Part shown: one piece after another, positions 17,050-27,116 of the stretch
Layout: each line of letters starts with the position of its first letter
How positions within the stretch are numbered: position 1 is the stretch's first letter
Assembly (NCBI GenBank): GCA_040381675.1
Contig: JBEIGX010000001.1
Span: forward strand, 1-39,433
DNA from: Aphanothece sp.
Lineage (GTDB): Bacteria; Cyanobacteriota; Cyanobacteriia; PCC-6307; Cyanobiaceae
Reading direction: 5' to 3'
DNA: 39,433 nucleotides
Notes under the pieces: generated by a model
What the model was told of the DNA's origin: nothing
Databases searched by the model: none
The model's input: the letters and a program-made list of their open reading frames with translations, nothing else
Translations under genes and position numbers: made by a program

Positions 17050-19536
17050 CTAGCTCCGGAGTTGGGCCGCGAACTGGCGCTGCAGCGCATCACGCACCTT
17101 CTGATGGGTGCTCTCCACCTCAGCATCGGTGAGGGTGCGCTGGGCGTCCCGATAGCGCAGCCGGAAGGCCTGGCTGCACTGGCCCTCCGCGATTGGCTGT
17201 CCCTCATAGCGGTCCACCAGCTCCACCTGTTCCAGCAGGGGCCGACCGGCCTTGCGAATCGCTGTCATCAAGGCAGCGGCCGACGTGTCTTTCGGTACCA
17301 CCAGGGCCAGATCCCGCTCGGAAGCGGGAACCGTGGGGTAGGGCTGAAATTGGGGAGTCCACCGGCCGGGGCGGGTGGCCGCCTGCCGAAGGGGTGCCAT
17401 CGCCAACTGGAAGAGATGGGTGTTGTCGGGAAGGTCAAGGGCGGCCGCCCGGGCAGGATGCAGCTGGCCAAACCAGCCGAAGGATCTCCCCTCCAGCACC
17501 AGATCAGCGCTTCGGCCGGGATGGAGAAGGTCGGCTTCGCTGTCGCTCCCGTCCCGGGACTCCTGATTCTGGGGAGGCCGATCCTCCAGGGGGAGGGAAA
17601 AGCTACTGAGGGCTTCCTGGAGCACCCCCCGCGCCTCCCAGTAGGTAAGGGGTTTGGGTTTGCCACTACGGCTCCAACGCTCACTGCAGCGCTCCCCGCA
17701 CAGCACTCCCACCACCAGTTCCACTTCCTCGCCGGGTTGGTCGTCGGCTGCAGGGCCACGGAACACCCGGCCGATCTCAAAGGCCCAGAAGCCGTTCTGG
17801 GAGGCCTGCAAATTGCGGCGGGCCGCCTGCAGCAGCTCCTCATGGAGGTTGTCGCGGAGATGACCGAAATCGCTGAGAAGGGGATTGGCCAAGGGGATCC
17901 GCCCCGGCGCCATCCCCACCAGGGAAGGAGCACAGGTTTCCTGAAGGCCGGAGGCGCAAAGGGCCCTGCGGAGGCGGCGTTCCACCTGCTGGGCCGGGTC
18001 CAGCCCACCGGGGAGGAGGGGATCGGGCAGGTGGGACGCAAACCGGTCGTATCCCACCAGACGGGCAACCTCCTCAATGAGGTCTACCTCCCGGGTGAGA
18101 TCGAGGGCCCGGGAGGGAGGCACAGCCACGAGCCACCCCTCCTCCTGCCGTTCCAGCCGACACCCCAGGGCCTCCAGGGTGCGTTCCACCGTGGCATCGT
18201 CCAGGTCGACGGGTTCGTCGTCCTCGATCACCGGTCCCAGCAGGTTGTGGAGGTGGTCGCGATCCAACGCCACGGGAGGCCTTGGGGGCGCCTCGCGCTG
18301 CAGCACCCAGCGCCCAGCGGCCTTGGCTCCTGCCAGCTCTTGAAACAGGGCCACCGCCCGATCCGAGGCATGAAGGGTGCTTTCCAGGGGAAGGCCTTTC
18401 TCAAACCGGGCGCTGGCCTCCGTGCGCAGGCCCACGCTGCGGGATGAGCGGCGAACCCGCTGGGAGGGAAACACGGCAGCTTCCAGCCAGATGGCCTGGG
18501 TGTGAGCCTTCACCGCCGTTTGCGCCCCGCCCATCACCCCTGCCAAGGCGATGGGTTGATCGCCATAGGTCACCACCAGAGCTTCCTCGTTGAGGGAGCG
18601 CTCCTCCCCATCCAAAGACAGGAAGGGCTCTTCTGGGCGGGCCTGCCGAAGCCCAAGCAAACCAGGATCGGCGTTTCCTCCACGGCCATCGGCTAGGGCC
18701 TGGCGATCAAAGGCGTGGAGCGGCTGGCCGGTTTCCAGCATCACAAGATTGGTGATGTCCACCACGTTGTTGATGGGACGGACACCCGCCCGTTCCAGCC
18801 GGCGCTGGAGCCAGAGCGGGGAGGGCTCCACCCGCACCTCCTCCAGGGCCGTCATGGAGAAGATCCCCCCCTCCTCCATCAAGGCTTGATCGGGGGGAGC
18901 CACCGTCAGGGGTTGGGCAGGGGGTGACGCTGGCACCAGCGGGAAGGACGGAGAGCCTCCGCAGAGGGCGGCCACCTCCCTGGCCATCCCTTCCATGGAC
19001 AGCCCATCGGGCCTGTTGGCCGTGATTGCCAACTCCAGCACCTGGTCGTCCAGGCCCAGGAGGGGGCCCACAGGGGTGCCCACCGGCGGGAGAGGCTCAA
19101 GCACATCGTCCAGGATCACAATGCCCTCTGACGTCTCCGCCAGACCAAGCTCCTGCAGCGAACAGATCATTCCACTGCTCTCCACCCCTCGGATCTGGGC
19201 TGGCTTGATCGAGAGGTTGACCACAGGAAGGTGGCTGCCAACCAAGGCCACAGGCACATGGATGCCGGCACGCACGTTGGGGGCACCACACACGATCTGC
19301 AAGGGCGCTGCGGAGAGATCCGTGCGCACTTGGCACACGCTCAGGCGATCGGAACCGGGGTGGGCCTCTCGGGCCTCCACATAGCCCACCACCACCCCCG
19401 CGGCCTGGGCGGCCAGATCCTCGATGGCCTCCACCTCAAACCCGGCCAGCGACAGCCTCTCCGCCAGAGGTTGGGGCTCCAAGGCCTCGGGGTTGCAGAT
19501 CAGGAGCTCCTTCAACCACTGGAGCGAGACCCGCAT
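17050..19536 (-). CDS. pheT: Phenylalanyl-tRNA synthetase beta subunit
   Basis: MRVSLQWL, IVCGAPNV, SSGMICS, ITANRPD, VDITNLVMLETGQPLHAFD, DLIEEVARLVGYD and a C-terminal FDX-ACB domain (RDLALVV...RTLTD). Confidence 0.97.
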   Translation of the reverse strand: MRVSLQWLKELLICNPEALEPQPLAERLSLAGFEVEAIEDLAAQAAGVVVGYVEAREAHPGSDRLSVCQVRTDLSAAPLQIVCGAPNVRAGIHVPVALVGSHLPVVNLSIKPAQIRGVESSGMICSLQELGLAETSEGIVILDDVLEPLPPVGTPVGPLLGLDDQVLELAITANRPDGLSMEGMAREVAALCGGSPSFPLVPASPPAQPLTVAPPDQALMEEGGIFSMTALEEVRVEPSPLWLQRRLERAGVRPINNVVDITNLVMLETGQPLHAFDRQALADGRGGNADPGLLGLRQARPEEPFLSLDGEERSLNEEALVVTYGDQPIALAGVMGGAQTAVKAHTQAIWLEAAVFPSQRVRRSSRSVGLRTEASARFEKGLPLESTLHASDRAVALFQELAGAKAAGRWVLQREAPPRPPVALDRDHLHNLLGPVIEDDEPVDLDDATVERTLEALGCRLERQEEGWLVAVPPSRALDLTREVDLIEEVARLVGYDRFASHLPDPLLPGGLDPAQQVERRLRRALCASGLQETCAPSLVGMAPGRIPLANPLLSDFGHLRDNLHEELLQAARRNLQASQNGFWAFEIGRVFRGPAADDQPGEEVELVVGVLCGERCSERWSRSGKPKPLTYWEARGVLQEALSSFSLPLEDRPPQNQESRDGSDSEADLLHPGRSADLVLEGRSFGWFGQLHPARAAALDLPDNTHLFQLAMAPLRQAATRPGRWTPQFQPYPTVPASERDLALVVPKDTSAAALMTAIRKAGRPLLEQVELVDRYEGQPIAEGQCSQAFRLRYRDAQRTLTDAEVESTHQKVRDALQRQFAAQLRS

Positions 19537-19644
19537 CGTTGCGCTGAGCGACAGCCTCCCATCCTAAGAACTCGCACCCTGGCACCGTCCAAGGAGTAGG
19601 GTTGGCAGTTGTCACTTGCTCGCTCAGCGGCGCACGTCCTTTCC

Positions 19645-19839
19645 ATGGCAAAAAACAAGGGCGTCCGGATCGTGATCACTCTCGAGTGCACCGAATGCCG
19701 GTCCAACCCCGCCAAGCGGTCTCCTGGTGTGTCCCGGTACACCACCCAGAAGAACCGCCGCAACACCAGCGAACGGCTGGAACTGAAGAAATTCTGCCCC
19801 CACTGCAACAGCTCCACCGTGCACAAGGAGATCAAGTGA
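19645..19839 (+). CDS. rpmG: 50S ribosomal protein L33 (Cys-containing form)
   Basis: [18 protein letters not shown]...[32 protein letters not shown]. Confidence 0.97.
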   Translation: MAKNKGVRIVITLECTECRSNPAKRSPGVSRYTTQKNRRNTSERLELKKFCPHCNSSTVHKEIK

Positions 19840-19912
19840 TCTCCTGCGGTCGAGCCCTTCCAGGACGTCCAGACTTTTTTCTTTCATCCCTGCCTTCCCC
19901 CACCGTTCGACC

Positions 19913-20134
19913 ATGAGCAGTTCCTTTTTCAAAAAGCGCCTCTCACCGATCAAACCCGGTGATCCCATTGATTACAAAGACATCGACTTGCTGAAGAAAT
20001 TCATCACGGAGCGGGGCAAGATCCTCCCCCGCCGCTTGACAGGTCTGACGGCTCAGCAACAGCGCGACCTGACGAACGCCGTGAAGCGGGCGCGCATCCT
20101 GGCCCTGCTGCCGTTCGTGAATCCAGAAGGCTGA
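19913..20134 (+). CDS. rpsR: 30S ribosomal protein S18
   Basis: [26 protein letters not shown]...[13 protein letters not shown]. Confidence 0.97.
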   Translation: MSSSFFKKRLSPIKPGDPIDYKDIDLLKKFITERGKILPRRLTGLTAQQQRDLTNAVKRARILALLPFVNPEG

Positions 20135-20138
20135 GGGC

Positions 20139-22241
20139 TTGTCAGGGCCTGGTGCGCGCCCACTCGCCGGCCCCATTGGGGTGGGAGACCTTGTGGGAAT
20201 TCCGGGCCGATCTGGTGAGGCCAGCCCCCAGATCGCTGTTGTCCAAGGGATCCAGGGCGGCAAGGCAGATCTGAACCTGCTGCCCCAGGGCAAGCGCATC
20301 ACCCTTCCTTTGCGCCAGCTCGAACGGGTCGTGCCCTGCCCTGAGGCCGGGTGGGGCCTCCCTCTGGAAAGGAGCCCTGGATCCGTCTCCCTTTCCAAGG
20401 AGAGCCTCTCGGCAGCCACGCCCAGTCGACGCGATTTCGGAGCTGCCTGGCAGGTGCTCATCGGAGAGGCCACCACCGAGGACGATCCCGAAGCGTTGAC
20501 CTTGCTGGCCTTTAGCGAGCTGGTGAGCGGCCAAACCGATCCTCTTCCCTGTTGTGCCTGCTGGCTCTGGCTGCATGGTCCCCAGCTCCTGTTTCGGGTG
20601 AAACAGGGCTCGATCCAGGCGCGGAAGGCACCGGACATCAAACGGCTCGCCCAGGACCGTCATCGCCGGCAGCTCGCGGAACAGCAACAACTGCTCTGGG
20701 TGAACGCCCTGAAACAACGGCACCCGATCGCTGCCGAACCATTGGCCCCCAGGCAGGGCGAACAGCTGGCGGCCCTGCGGCGATTGGCCGCTGGGCAAGG
20801 CGTCTCGCCATTGCCGGAGGAGATCCAACACCTGCTTCAGCAGGTGCGCTGCTCCAGTGAGCCGGCCGACGTGCGCCATCTTCTGGCGGATGTGGGCCTC
20901 TGGCCACGCCACCATCTGCCCTCCCTGCAGGGAAGCAGTTGGCAGCAGGGCTTTTCAGAAAGCCTGCAACAGGATGCGGAGCAGCTGCTGATCCTGTCGG
21001 AGGGGCCCTGCCGTGGCGACGACGAACGACGGGATCTCACGGGGCTTCACACAGTCACGATCGATGACGACGACACCGCCGACATCGATGACGGACTCTC
21101 CCTCGAATGGATGGCGGAGGGCCCGCCCCGAATCTGGATCCATGTGGCCGATCCTGGCCGCCTCATTCTCCCGGGGAGCCCCCTGGATCTGGAAGCCCGC
21201 CGGCGGGGCACCAGTCTGTATCTGGCCCAGGGAACCTTGCCCATGTTCCCCCAGGTGCTTGCAACGGGGCCCTTCAGCCTGCGGGCTGGCCAGCGCTGCG
21301 CCGCCTGGAGCCTCGGAGTCCGTCTGGACACCGATGGGGCAATCACCGATCTGACCCTCCACCGCAGCTGGGTGCGCCCCGCCTACCGGCTCTCCTATGC
21401 GGATGCCGATGAGCTTTTGGAGCTCGCCCCCCCCCAGGAGCGAGAGCTGTTGATCCTGCAGGAGTGGATGCAGCGAAGGCGGGCCTGGCGAGCCCAACGG
21501 GGTGCCCTGTTCCTCGACCAATCGGAGGGACGCATTCGTGCCGCTGCGACCGAAGCCAACGGGGATGGAGCCCGGCTAGACATCATCGAGCCGACGCCCT
21601 CCAGGTTGCTGGTGGCTGAAGCCATGATCCTCGCTGGTGCGGCCATCGCCGACTACGGACACCGGCATCAGCTGGCCTTGCCCTACCGGAGCCAACCCGT
21701 GGCGCCCGTGCCCACCCCCCAGGAGCTGGAGGTCTATCCGGCAGGCCCGGTGCGGCTGGCGGCGATCAAGAAGTGTCTGACCCGCGGTGTCGTCGGCACC
21801 CGTGCCCTCCCCCACTTCAGCCTGGGTCTGGAGGCCTATGTGCAAGCCACCTCCCCCATCCGCCGATATGGCGATCTGTTGGTTCAACGGCAGCTGCAGG
21901 CACACCAGGAGGGAACGACGCCCATGGACGCCGCCACCCTCACCGATGCGCTCACGGCCATGGAAGGGGGCGTGCGGGAGGGACTCACCATTTCCAGGGA
22001 AGACCAGCGCCACTGGCAACAGGTCTGGTTCGCCCAGCATCGGGGCCAGCAGTGGCGGGGACTGTTTCTCCGTTGGTTGCGGGAGGACCATCACCTGGCC
22101 CTGGTCCATCTGGAGAACCTGGCGATGGACCTGGCGGCGGACTGCCAGGGATCGCCCCAACCCGGCGACGCCGTGCTGGTGCGGCTGCGGGAGGTGGATC
22201 CCCTGAGGGATCTGCTGCGGCTGGATGCTCGCAGCCTTTGA
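20139..22241 (+). CDS. rnb: RNB-domain exoribonuclease (RNase II/R family)
   Basis: TIDDDDTADIDDGLS catalytic motif, IHVADP, HFSLGLEAYVQATSPIRRYGDL. Start uncertain. Confidence 0.9.
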   Translation: MSGPGARPLAGPIGVGDLVGIPGRSGEASPQIAVVQGIQGGKADLNLLPQGKRITLPLRQLERVVPCPEAGWGLPLERSPGSVSLSKESLSAATPSRRDFGAAWQVLIGEATTEDDPEALTLLAFSELVSGQTDPLPCCACWLWLHGPQLLFRVKQGSIQARKAPDIKRLAQDRHRRQLAEQQQLLWVNALKQRHPIAAEPLAPRQGEQLAALRRLAAGQGVSPLPEEIQHLLQQVRCSSEPADVRHLLADVGLWPRHHLPSLQGSSWQQGFSESLQQDAEQLLILSEGPCRGDDERRDLTGLHTVTIDDDDTADIDDGLSLEWMAEGPPRIWIHVADPGRLILPGSPLDLEARRRGTSLYLAQGTLPMFPQVLATGPFSLRAGQRCAAWSLGVRLDTDGAITDLTLHRSWVRPAYRLSYADADELLELAPPQERELLILQEWMQRRRAWRAQRGALFLDQSEGRIRAAATEANGDGARLDIIEPTPSRLLVAEAMILAGAAIADYGHRHQLALPYRSQPVAPVPTPQELEVYPAGPVRLAAIKKCLTRGVVGTRALPHFSLGLEAYVQATSPIRRYGDLLVQRQLQAHQEGTTPMDAATLTDALTAMEGGVREGLTISREDQRHWQQVWFAQHRGQQWRGLFLRWLREDHHLALVHLENLAMDLAADCQGSPQPGDAVLVRLREVDPLRDLLRLDARSL

Positions 22242-22262
22242 GCATGTCCAGGTGAAGGTTGT

Positions 22263-24140
22263 TCAAGCCAACCGGGACACCCTCAGCCAGGGGCCCCAGG
22301 GATTGGCGCATCCGATCAGGGCTACAGGGCATGGGGTGTGCTGCGCCTGAAGCCAGATGTTCAGGGCGGGCTCCAGGGTGATGAGGGGCCAGGGCTGCCC
22401 CCCTGGGCCCATCGGACCATGGAGGGCATACCCACCCTGGCCATCCGCCATCAGCTCGCCCTGCCACAGACGCTCTCCTGGCTCCCCTGGGGCTTGATGG
22501 GGGTCAGCGTCTTGCGGACTCCACCGCCCTGAGCTGCCAAGCCGCTCCGGATCATCCAGCAGGGCGCGTTGGCGGTGAGCCCACTCGGGATGGTGCCAAG
22601 GCGTGTCCCAGAGGGGCAAAGGCCCTGCGGGGGCTTGGGGATCATCAATCAGGGCTCGCTGCAGATCACCCACGGGCAGATCTGCGGGCCGCAGGCCGCG
22701 ACGCACGCAAAGAGCTGCCGCCAGCCCTGCAGCCTGGCCGAGATTGAGCACGAGGGGTTGGAGCCGTGTGGCGCCGTTGGCCATGTGGCTCACTCCGATG
22801 GCCTTGTCTGCCGCGAGCAGGTTGCCCACCCCACGACTCACCAGGGCGCCGTAGGGGATGGTGAAGGGGGTCCCGGTCCAGCGCCCCCCCCAGCGGCAGC
22901 TTTTAGGTGCCAGGGGCCAGTCGTCTCCGGGATAGTGGTGGTCGTTGGCGTAGTTGCCCACGGCGATGGCCGTCGTCTGGCCAGGGGCGTCGGAGGGCAA
23001 CATCGCGATGGATGCCCCGGGCCCTTGGGGAAGGAGGTGCTGTTCGATCAAGGTCTCCATCGCCCACAGGCGCCTGCCCTCCCGCCAGTAGGGCATCAAG
23101 GCGAGATCCAGAGGGCCTGACAGGGCCCCAGCGGCAGCTTCCACCGGTCCAGGAAACACGGAGGCTGGAGCCAGCCGTCCCTCGCTGATGGCCATCAGGG
23201 CCTCGGCAAAGGCGCGGCTGTGGCCCTGCATGTCCGCGGCGAGGTCGGCACGCACCTCCCCGGCCGGCGTGCCGGCATCGAATGCCCGGTCCAAGCCCCC
23301 ATGCCAGTCGTTACCAGAAAGAGGCCAGTTGAGCATCACCACACCTCCTGGAAGGCGGCCGTAGCTGAGGGTCCGTGCCAGACCAAAGCGACGGGTGGCC
23401 TCCGTGAAGGGCGCAGCTGGCTGGGGAGCTGTCAGCGGGCTCTCTGCAGCCTGTAGCGGACTGGCCTCCTCCCTGAGCTGGGCCATCACCACCCAGGTGG
23501 GCGACTGCACAGGCTGGTTCTGAAAGATCGCCTGGCTCTCCAGATCTTTCTGGAGAGGCGCACTGGGTTCCCCCCAGGTTTCCCTGGCTTCCCAACCCAG
23601 GCGATGGGGCACATCCGCCAGGGGATACAGATCACCCCGATCACTGCCGTCCACCACGATGGTGGGCTGGAGATGCCAGGGAGCCCCCTTCCATTGCACC
23701 TCCAAGCCCGTGATCCGATCGCCCCGGCGCTCGACAGCCTCCAATCGGGCCAGCGGCCACCACTCCAGGAGCGGTGTCTCCTGACACCAACGGCGAAGGA
23801 TGCCTTCAGCCGTGGAAGGGAGATAGCCGAAACAACTCACCCAGTTGTGATCCAATCCCCCCGGGGTTTCGGCGGCCAGGGTCCGCAGCAGTGCTCCCCA
23901 CAGGCCCGTCTGCCAGGGAGAGAGCTCATTGCCATCCGGGCAACACACCCCAGCGGCGCTCACCATTCCTCCAAGCCAGGGGCCAGGGGTAAGAAGCAGG
24001 GTCTGGGCACCGCTGCGGGCCGCCTGCAAGGCAGCGGCCACCCCACCGGTGCCTCCACCCCACACCACCACCTCCAGGGTTCTCTGATTCACGGCGATCA
24101 ACGCGCAGGGCACGGCCCACGGCCGCTTTGCCCACAGCAT
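22263..24140 (-). CDS. FAD-dependent oxidoreductase
   Basis: VVVWGGGTGGVAAALQAAR, WLGGM, PYWREGRRL, IPYGAL and SHMANGATRLQP...GQAAG. Confidence 0.87.
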   Translation of the reverse strand: MLWAKRPWAVPCALIAVNQRTLEVVVWGGGTGGVAAALQAARSGAQTLLLTPGPWLGGMVSAAGVCCPDGNELSPWQTGLWGALLRTLAAETPGGLDHNWVSCFGYLPSTAEGILRRWCQETPLLEWWPLARLEAVERRGDRITGLEVQWKGAPWHLQPTIVVDGSDRGDLYPLADVPHRLGWEARETWGEPSAPLQKDLESQAIFQNQPVQSPTWVVMAQLREEASPLQAAESPLTAPQPAAPFTEATRRFGLARTLSYGRLPGGVVMLNWPLSGNDWHGGLDRAFDAGTPAGEVRADLAADMQGHSRAFAEALMAISEGRLAPASVFPGPVEAAAGALSGPLDLALMPYWREGRRLWAMETLIEQHLLPQGPGASIAMLPSDAPGQTTAIAVGNYANDHHYPGDDWPLAPKSCRWGGRWTGTPFTIPYGALVSRGVGNLLAADKAIGVSHMANGATRLQPLVLNLGQAAGLAAALCVRRGLRPADLPVGDLQRALIDDPQAPAGPLPLWDTPWHHPEWAHRQRALLDDPERLGSSGRWSPQDADPHQAPGEPGERLWQGELMADGQGGYALHGPMGPGGQPWPLITLEPALNIWLQAQHTPCPVALIGCANPWGPWLRVSRLA

Positions 24141-24252
24141 CGCCGATGGGGGAAAGGATCAGGGGCCATGGGTAAGATCCAATTCCAGGCAGGGCCGCAA
24201 TGGCGAGCCGATCTGGCGACACCAGCCGCGCCGACGAAGCCAGCCGCCCGTG

Positions 24253-25863
24253 ATGTCCTTCACCCTCACCACTCCGCTCTACTACGTCAACGACAAGCCC
24301 CATCTCGGGAGCACCTACACCACCCTGGCTTGCGATGCCATTGCCCGTTATCAGCGGTTGCAGGGCCAGGCGGTCACCTTCGTGACGGGCACCGATGAGC
24401 ATGGCTTGAAGATTCAGCGCACGGCGGCTGCGGCTGATCTGGCTCCCCAGGCCTTCTGCGATCGCAACAGCGCCAGTTTCAGCGATCTCTGGCAGGCCTG
24501 GGGCATCAGTCAGGATCGCTTCATCCGCACCACCGCGGGCCCCCATCGTGAGCTGGTGGAACAGTTTTTTGCCCGCGTGGAGGCCAAAGGAGATGTGCTG
24601 GAGGGGCGTCAGCAGGGTTGGTACTGCGTGGCCTGTGAGGAATTCAAGGATGAGGCCCCCGAAGCGGTGCAACCGGCTTGCCCTATCCACCAACGCCCGC
24701 TGGAATGGCGTGATGAGCCCAATCTGTTCTTCCGTCTCTCCCGCTATCAGGACCAGATCGAGCAGTTGGTCCGGCGGGAAGGGTTCATTGCTCCGGCCAC
24801 CCGCCGACGGGAAGTGGAGAATTTCGTCGCGCGGGGATTGAGGGATTTCTCCATCTCCCGGGTCGACCTTCCCTGGGGCATCCCCGTGCCTGGCCACCCT
24901 GGTCACACGTTTTACGTCTGGTTTGACGCCCTGCTGGGCTATCTCTCTGCCCTTCTGGATCCCACGGCCCCCGTCGGCCTCGACCAACTGGTCGGCAGGG
25001 GCTGGCCAGCCCAGTTGCATGTCATCGGCAAGGACATCCTGCGCTTTCATGCAGTCTTCTGGCCTGCCATGTTGATGTCCGCTGATCTGCCTTTGCCAGA
25101 GCGGGTGTTTGGCCACGGTTTTCTGACCCGGGAGGGGCAGAAAATGGGCAAATCCATCGGCAATGTGCTCGATCCAGAGGTGCTGCTGGAGCGCTGCGGG
25201 AGAGATGCGGTTCGCTGGTACCTCCTGCGCGACATCCCCTTTGGCGACGACGGTGACTTTCAGCAGAAACGCTTCAGCGACCTGGTGAACAACGATCTGG
25301 CCAACACCATCGGCAACCTGCTCAATCGCAGCGTGTCCATGTCACGCAAATGGTTTGCCGGTGCCGTTCCCCCCTCCGGGATCGGGGGCTCGGCTGACCA
25401 CCCCCTGGCCTTGGCCAGCGTCCAGGCGGCCCGCCGCTTCGATACCGCCATGGAGCAGCTGGATTTCCGCTCGGCGGCCGAGGCCGTGCTCACTTTGGCC
25501 GAAACGGCCAATGGATATCTCAATGATCAGGCTCCCTGGCTTCGCATGAAACAGCCCGACCAGGAGGAGGCCGTTGGGGCCGACCTGTATGCCGTTCTGG
25601 AGAGCTGCCGCTGGATCGGAGTGCTCCTCACCCCGCTCCTCCCCGACCTGTCCGCCCGGATGCTGCAGCAACTGGACTGCTCCACCATCTCCTGCGAGGC
25701 GTTCTGGCCTGCCAACTCCCAACAGGACACCGCGCTGGCTTCGGCCATGGTGGCTGCAGAAGCCTGGCGCCAGGCTCGCCAGTGGGGTGGGTTATCACCC
25801 TTGGGCTTGCTGCCGGAGGCTTCCCCTGTGATGCAACGGCTGGAATTGCCCGAACCCCTTTGA
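24253..25863 (+). CDS. metG: Methionyl-tRNA synthetase
   Basis: YYVNDKPHLG (HIGH-like), GTDEHG, YVWFDAL, IGKDILRFH and KMGKS. Confidence 0.97.
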   Translation: MSFTLTTPLYYVNDKPHLGSTYTTLACDAIARYQRLQGQAVTFVTGTDEHGLKIQRTAAAADLAPQAFCDRNSASFSDLWQAWGISQDRFIRTTAGPHRELVEQFFARVEAKGDVLEGRQQGWYCVACEEFKDEAPEAVQPACPIHQRPLEWRDEPNLFFRLSRYQDQIEQLVRREGFIAPATRRREVENFVARGLRDFSISRVDLPWGIPVPGHPGHTFYVWFDALLGYLSALLDPTAPVGLDQLVGRGWPAQLHVIGKDILRFHAVFWPAMLMSADLPLPERVFGHGFLTREGQKMGKSIGNVLDPEVLLERCGRDAVRWYLLRDIPFGDDGDFQQKRFSDLVNNDLANTIGNLLNRSVSMSRKWFAGAVPPSGIGGSADHPLALASVQAARRFDTAMEQLDFRSAAEAVLTLAETANGYLNDQAPWLRMKQPDQEEAVGADLYAVLESCRWIGVLLTPLLPDLSARMLQQLDCSTISCEAFWPANSQQDTALASAMVAAEAWRQARQWGGLSPLGLLPEASPVMQRLELPEPL

Positions 25864-27116
25864 TGCAGCCATCGCACCCATTCCGGCAGCCGCGGTGGCC
25901 TCGGGAAACCCGGTGGGTTTCCCTTCTCCTTGCAACCCTCGGCACTGGGATGATCAGCCAGGGATGCAGCCGGCAGACCACCCTCCAGCCCGATGAGAGT
26001 GCGCCCCCCTTCACCTTCCGTGCCCTGGATCTTCAGCAGCGCACCCGTCAGGGCCTCCCCTCCTGGTCGTTGAAAAGTCCGGAAGCGCGCTACGACCTTC
26101 GCAGCAGCGTGGCCCGCGCCTTGCGCCCTGAGGGCGTGATTTTTGCGAAGGGGAAACCGCTCTACAAGCTTTCGGCCACCACGGGCACCGTGATCAACGA
26201 CGGAGCGGTGATGCTGCTGGAAGGAGACATCCGGCTGCAGCGCCTGGGGAAGGATCCCCTCCTGCTGAGCGCGGATCGGGTTCTCTGGATTCCCCGAGAA
26301 TCCAGGATGCGCTTTGAGCTGGGACCCAAAGTGCGCAATCTTCAGACCCAACTCTCCGCCCAGACGGCCACCCTTCTTCTCGAAAAAGACCAACTCGAGC
26401 TCCGCGGCGAGCCCAGCTTCCAGCGATGGAGCCAACCGGTGGCTATGAATGCCAAAACCGCAGACGTCCCGTCGGAACTCCAGGGAACCTTCAAGGAGGT
26501 GGATTGGCGTCCAGGGCAGGGGGACTTGAAGGCCCGTGGGCCCGTCAGCATGACCCGTCGGCCCCCGGGTCGCAGGCCCGAACTCCCTCCCCAGCTTTTG
26601 AAGGGATCCCGCGTAGAGGGAAACACCGTCCAGCAGATCTACACCCTTTGGGGTCCGGTGGAGTTCTCAGATCCCAGCGAGCGAAGCTGGTTTCGGGGGG
26701 CTGAGCTCAGCCTCAACACCAAGGATTCCCTACTGAAGAGCAACCCTGCCTTTCAGGGGCAGAAAGGAGATCTGCAGGTGCAGGGGGAGCAGTTGGTGCT
26801 GAATGGCAAGGCGTCCTCGGCCAGCATTGGCAGAAACTGCCAACTGCGGCAGGACGGCGACCAATTGACGGCACAACGATGTTTTTGGAACTGGAAGAGC
26901 CAATGGATCAGTGCCCAGGGACAGGTGCTCTACCGGCGCCATGCCAATGATCAGTTCACCCGCGCTGAGCGCATGGAGGGCAAATTGGGATCGACGGGAG
27001 GGGTGACCGCCACCACTCCTCAAGGCAGGGTCTTCAGCCAATTGCAGGTTCCTCGTCAGGCCGCAGCTCCAAAACCGGAGCGGCCTCGCCCCAAAGCCCA
27101 GCCCATTGTGTTTTGA
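25863..27116 (+). CDS. lptC: LptC-family LPS export periplasmic protein (probable lipoprotein)
   Basis: Signal region ending SQGC, repeated beta-jellyroll-like segments, TGATG coupling to metG. Confidence 0.7.
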   Translation: MQPSHPFRQPRWPRETRWVSLLLATLGTGMISQGCSRQTTLQPDESAPPFTFRALDLQQRTRQGLPSWSLKSPEARYDLRSSVARALRPEGVIFAKGKPLYKLSATTGTVINDGAVMLLEGDIRLQRLGKDPLLLSADRVLWIPRESRMRFELGPKVRNLQTQLSAQTATLLLEKDQLELRGEPSFQRWSQPVAMNAKTADVPSELQGTFKEVDWRPGQGDLKARGPVSMTRRPPGRRPELPPQLLKGSRVEGNTVQQIYTLWGPVEFSDPSERSWFRGAELSLNTKDSLLKSNPAFQGQKGDLQVQGEQLVLNGKASSASIGRNCQLRQDGDQLTAQRCFWNWKSQWISAQGQVLYRRHANDQFTRAERMEGKLGSTGGVTATTPQGRVFSQLQVPRQAAAPKPERPRPKAQPIVF

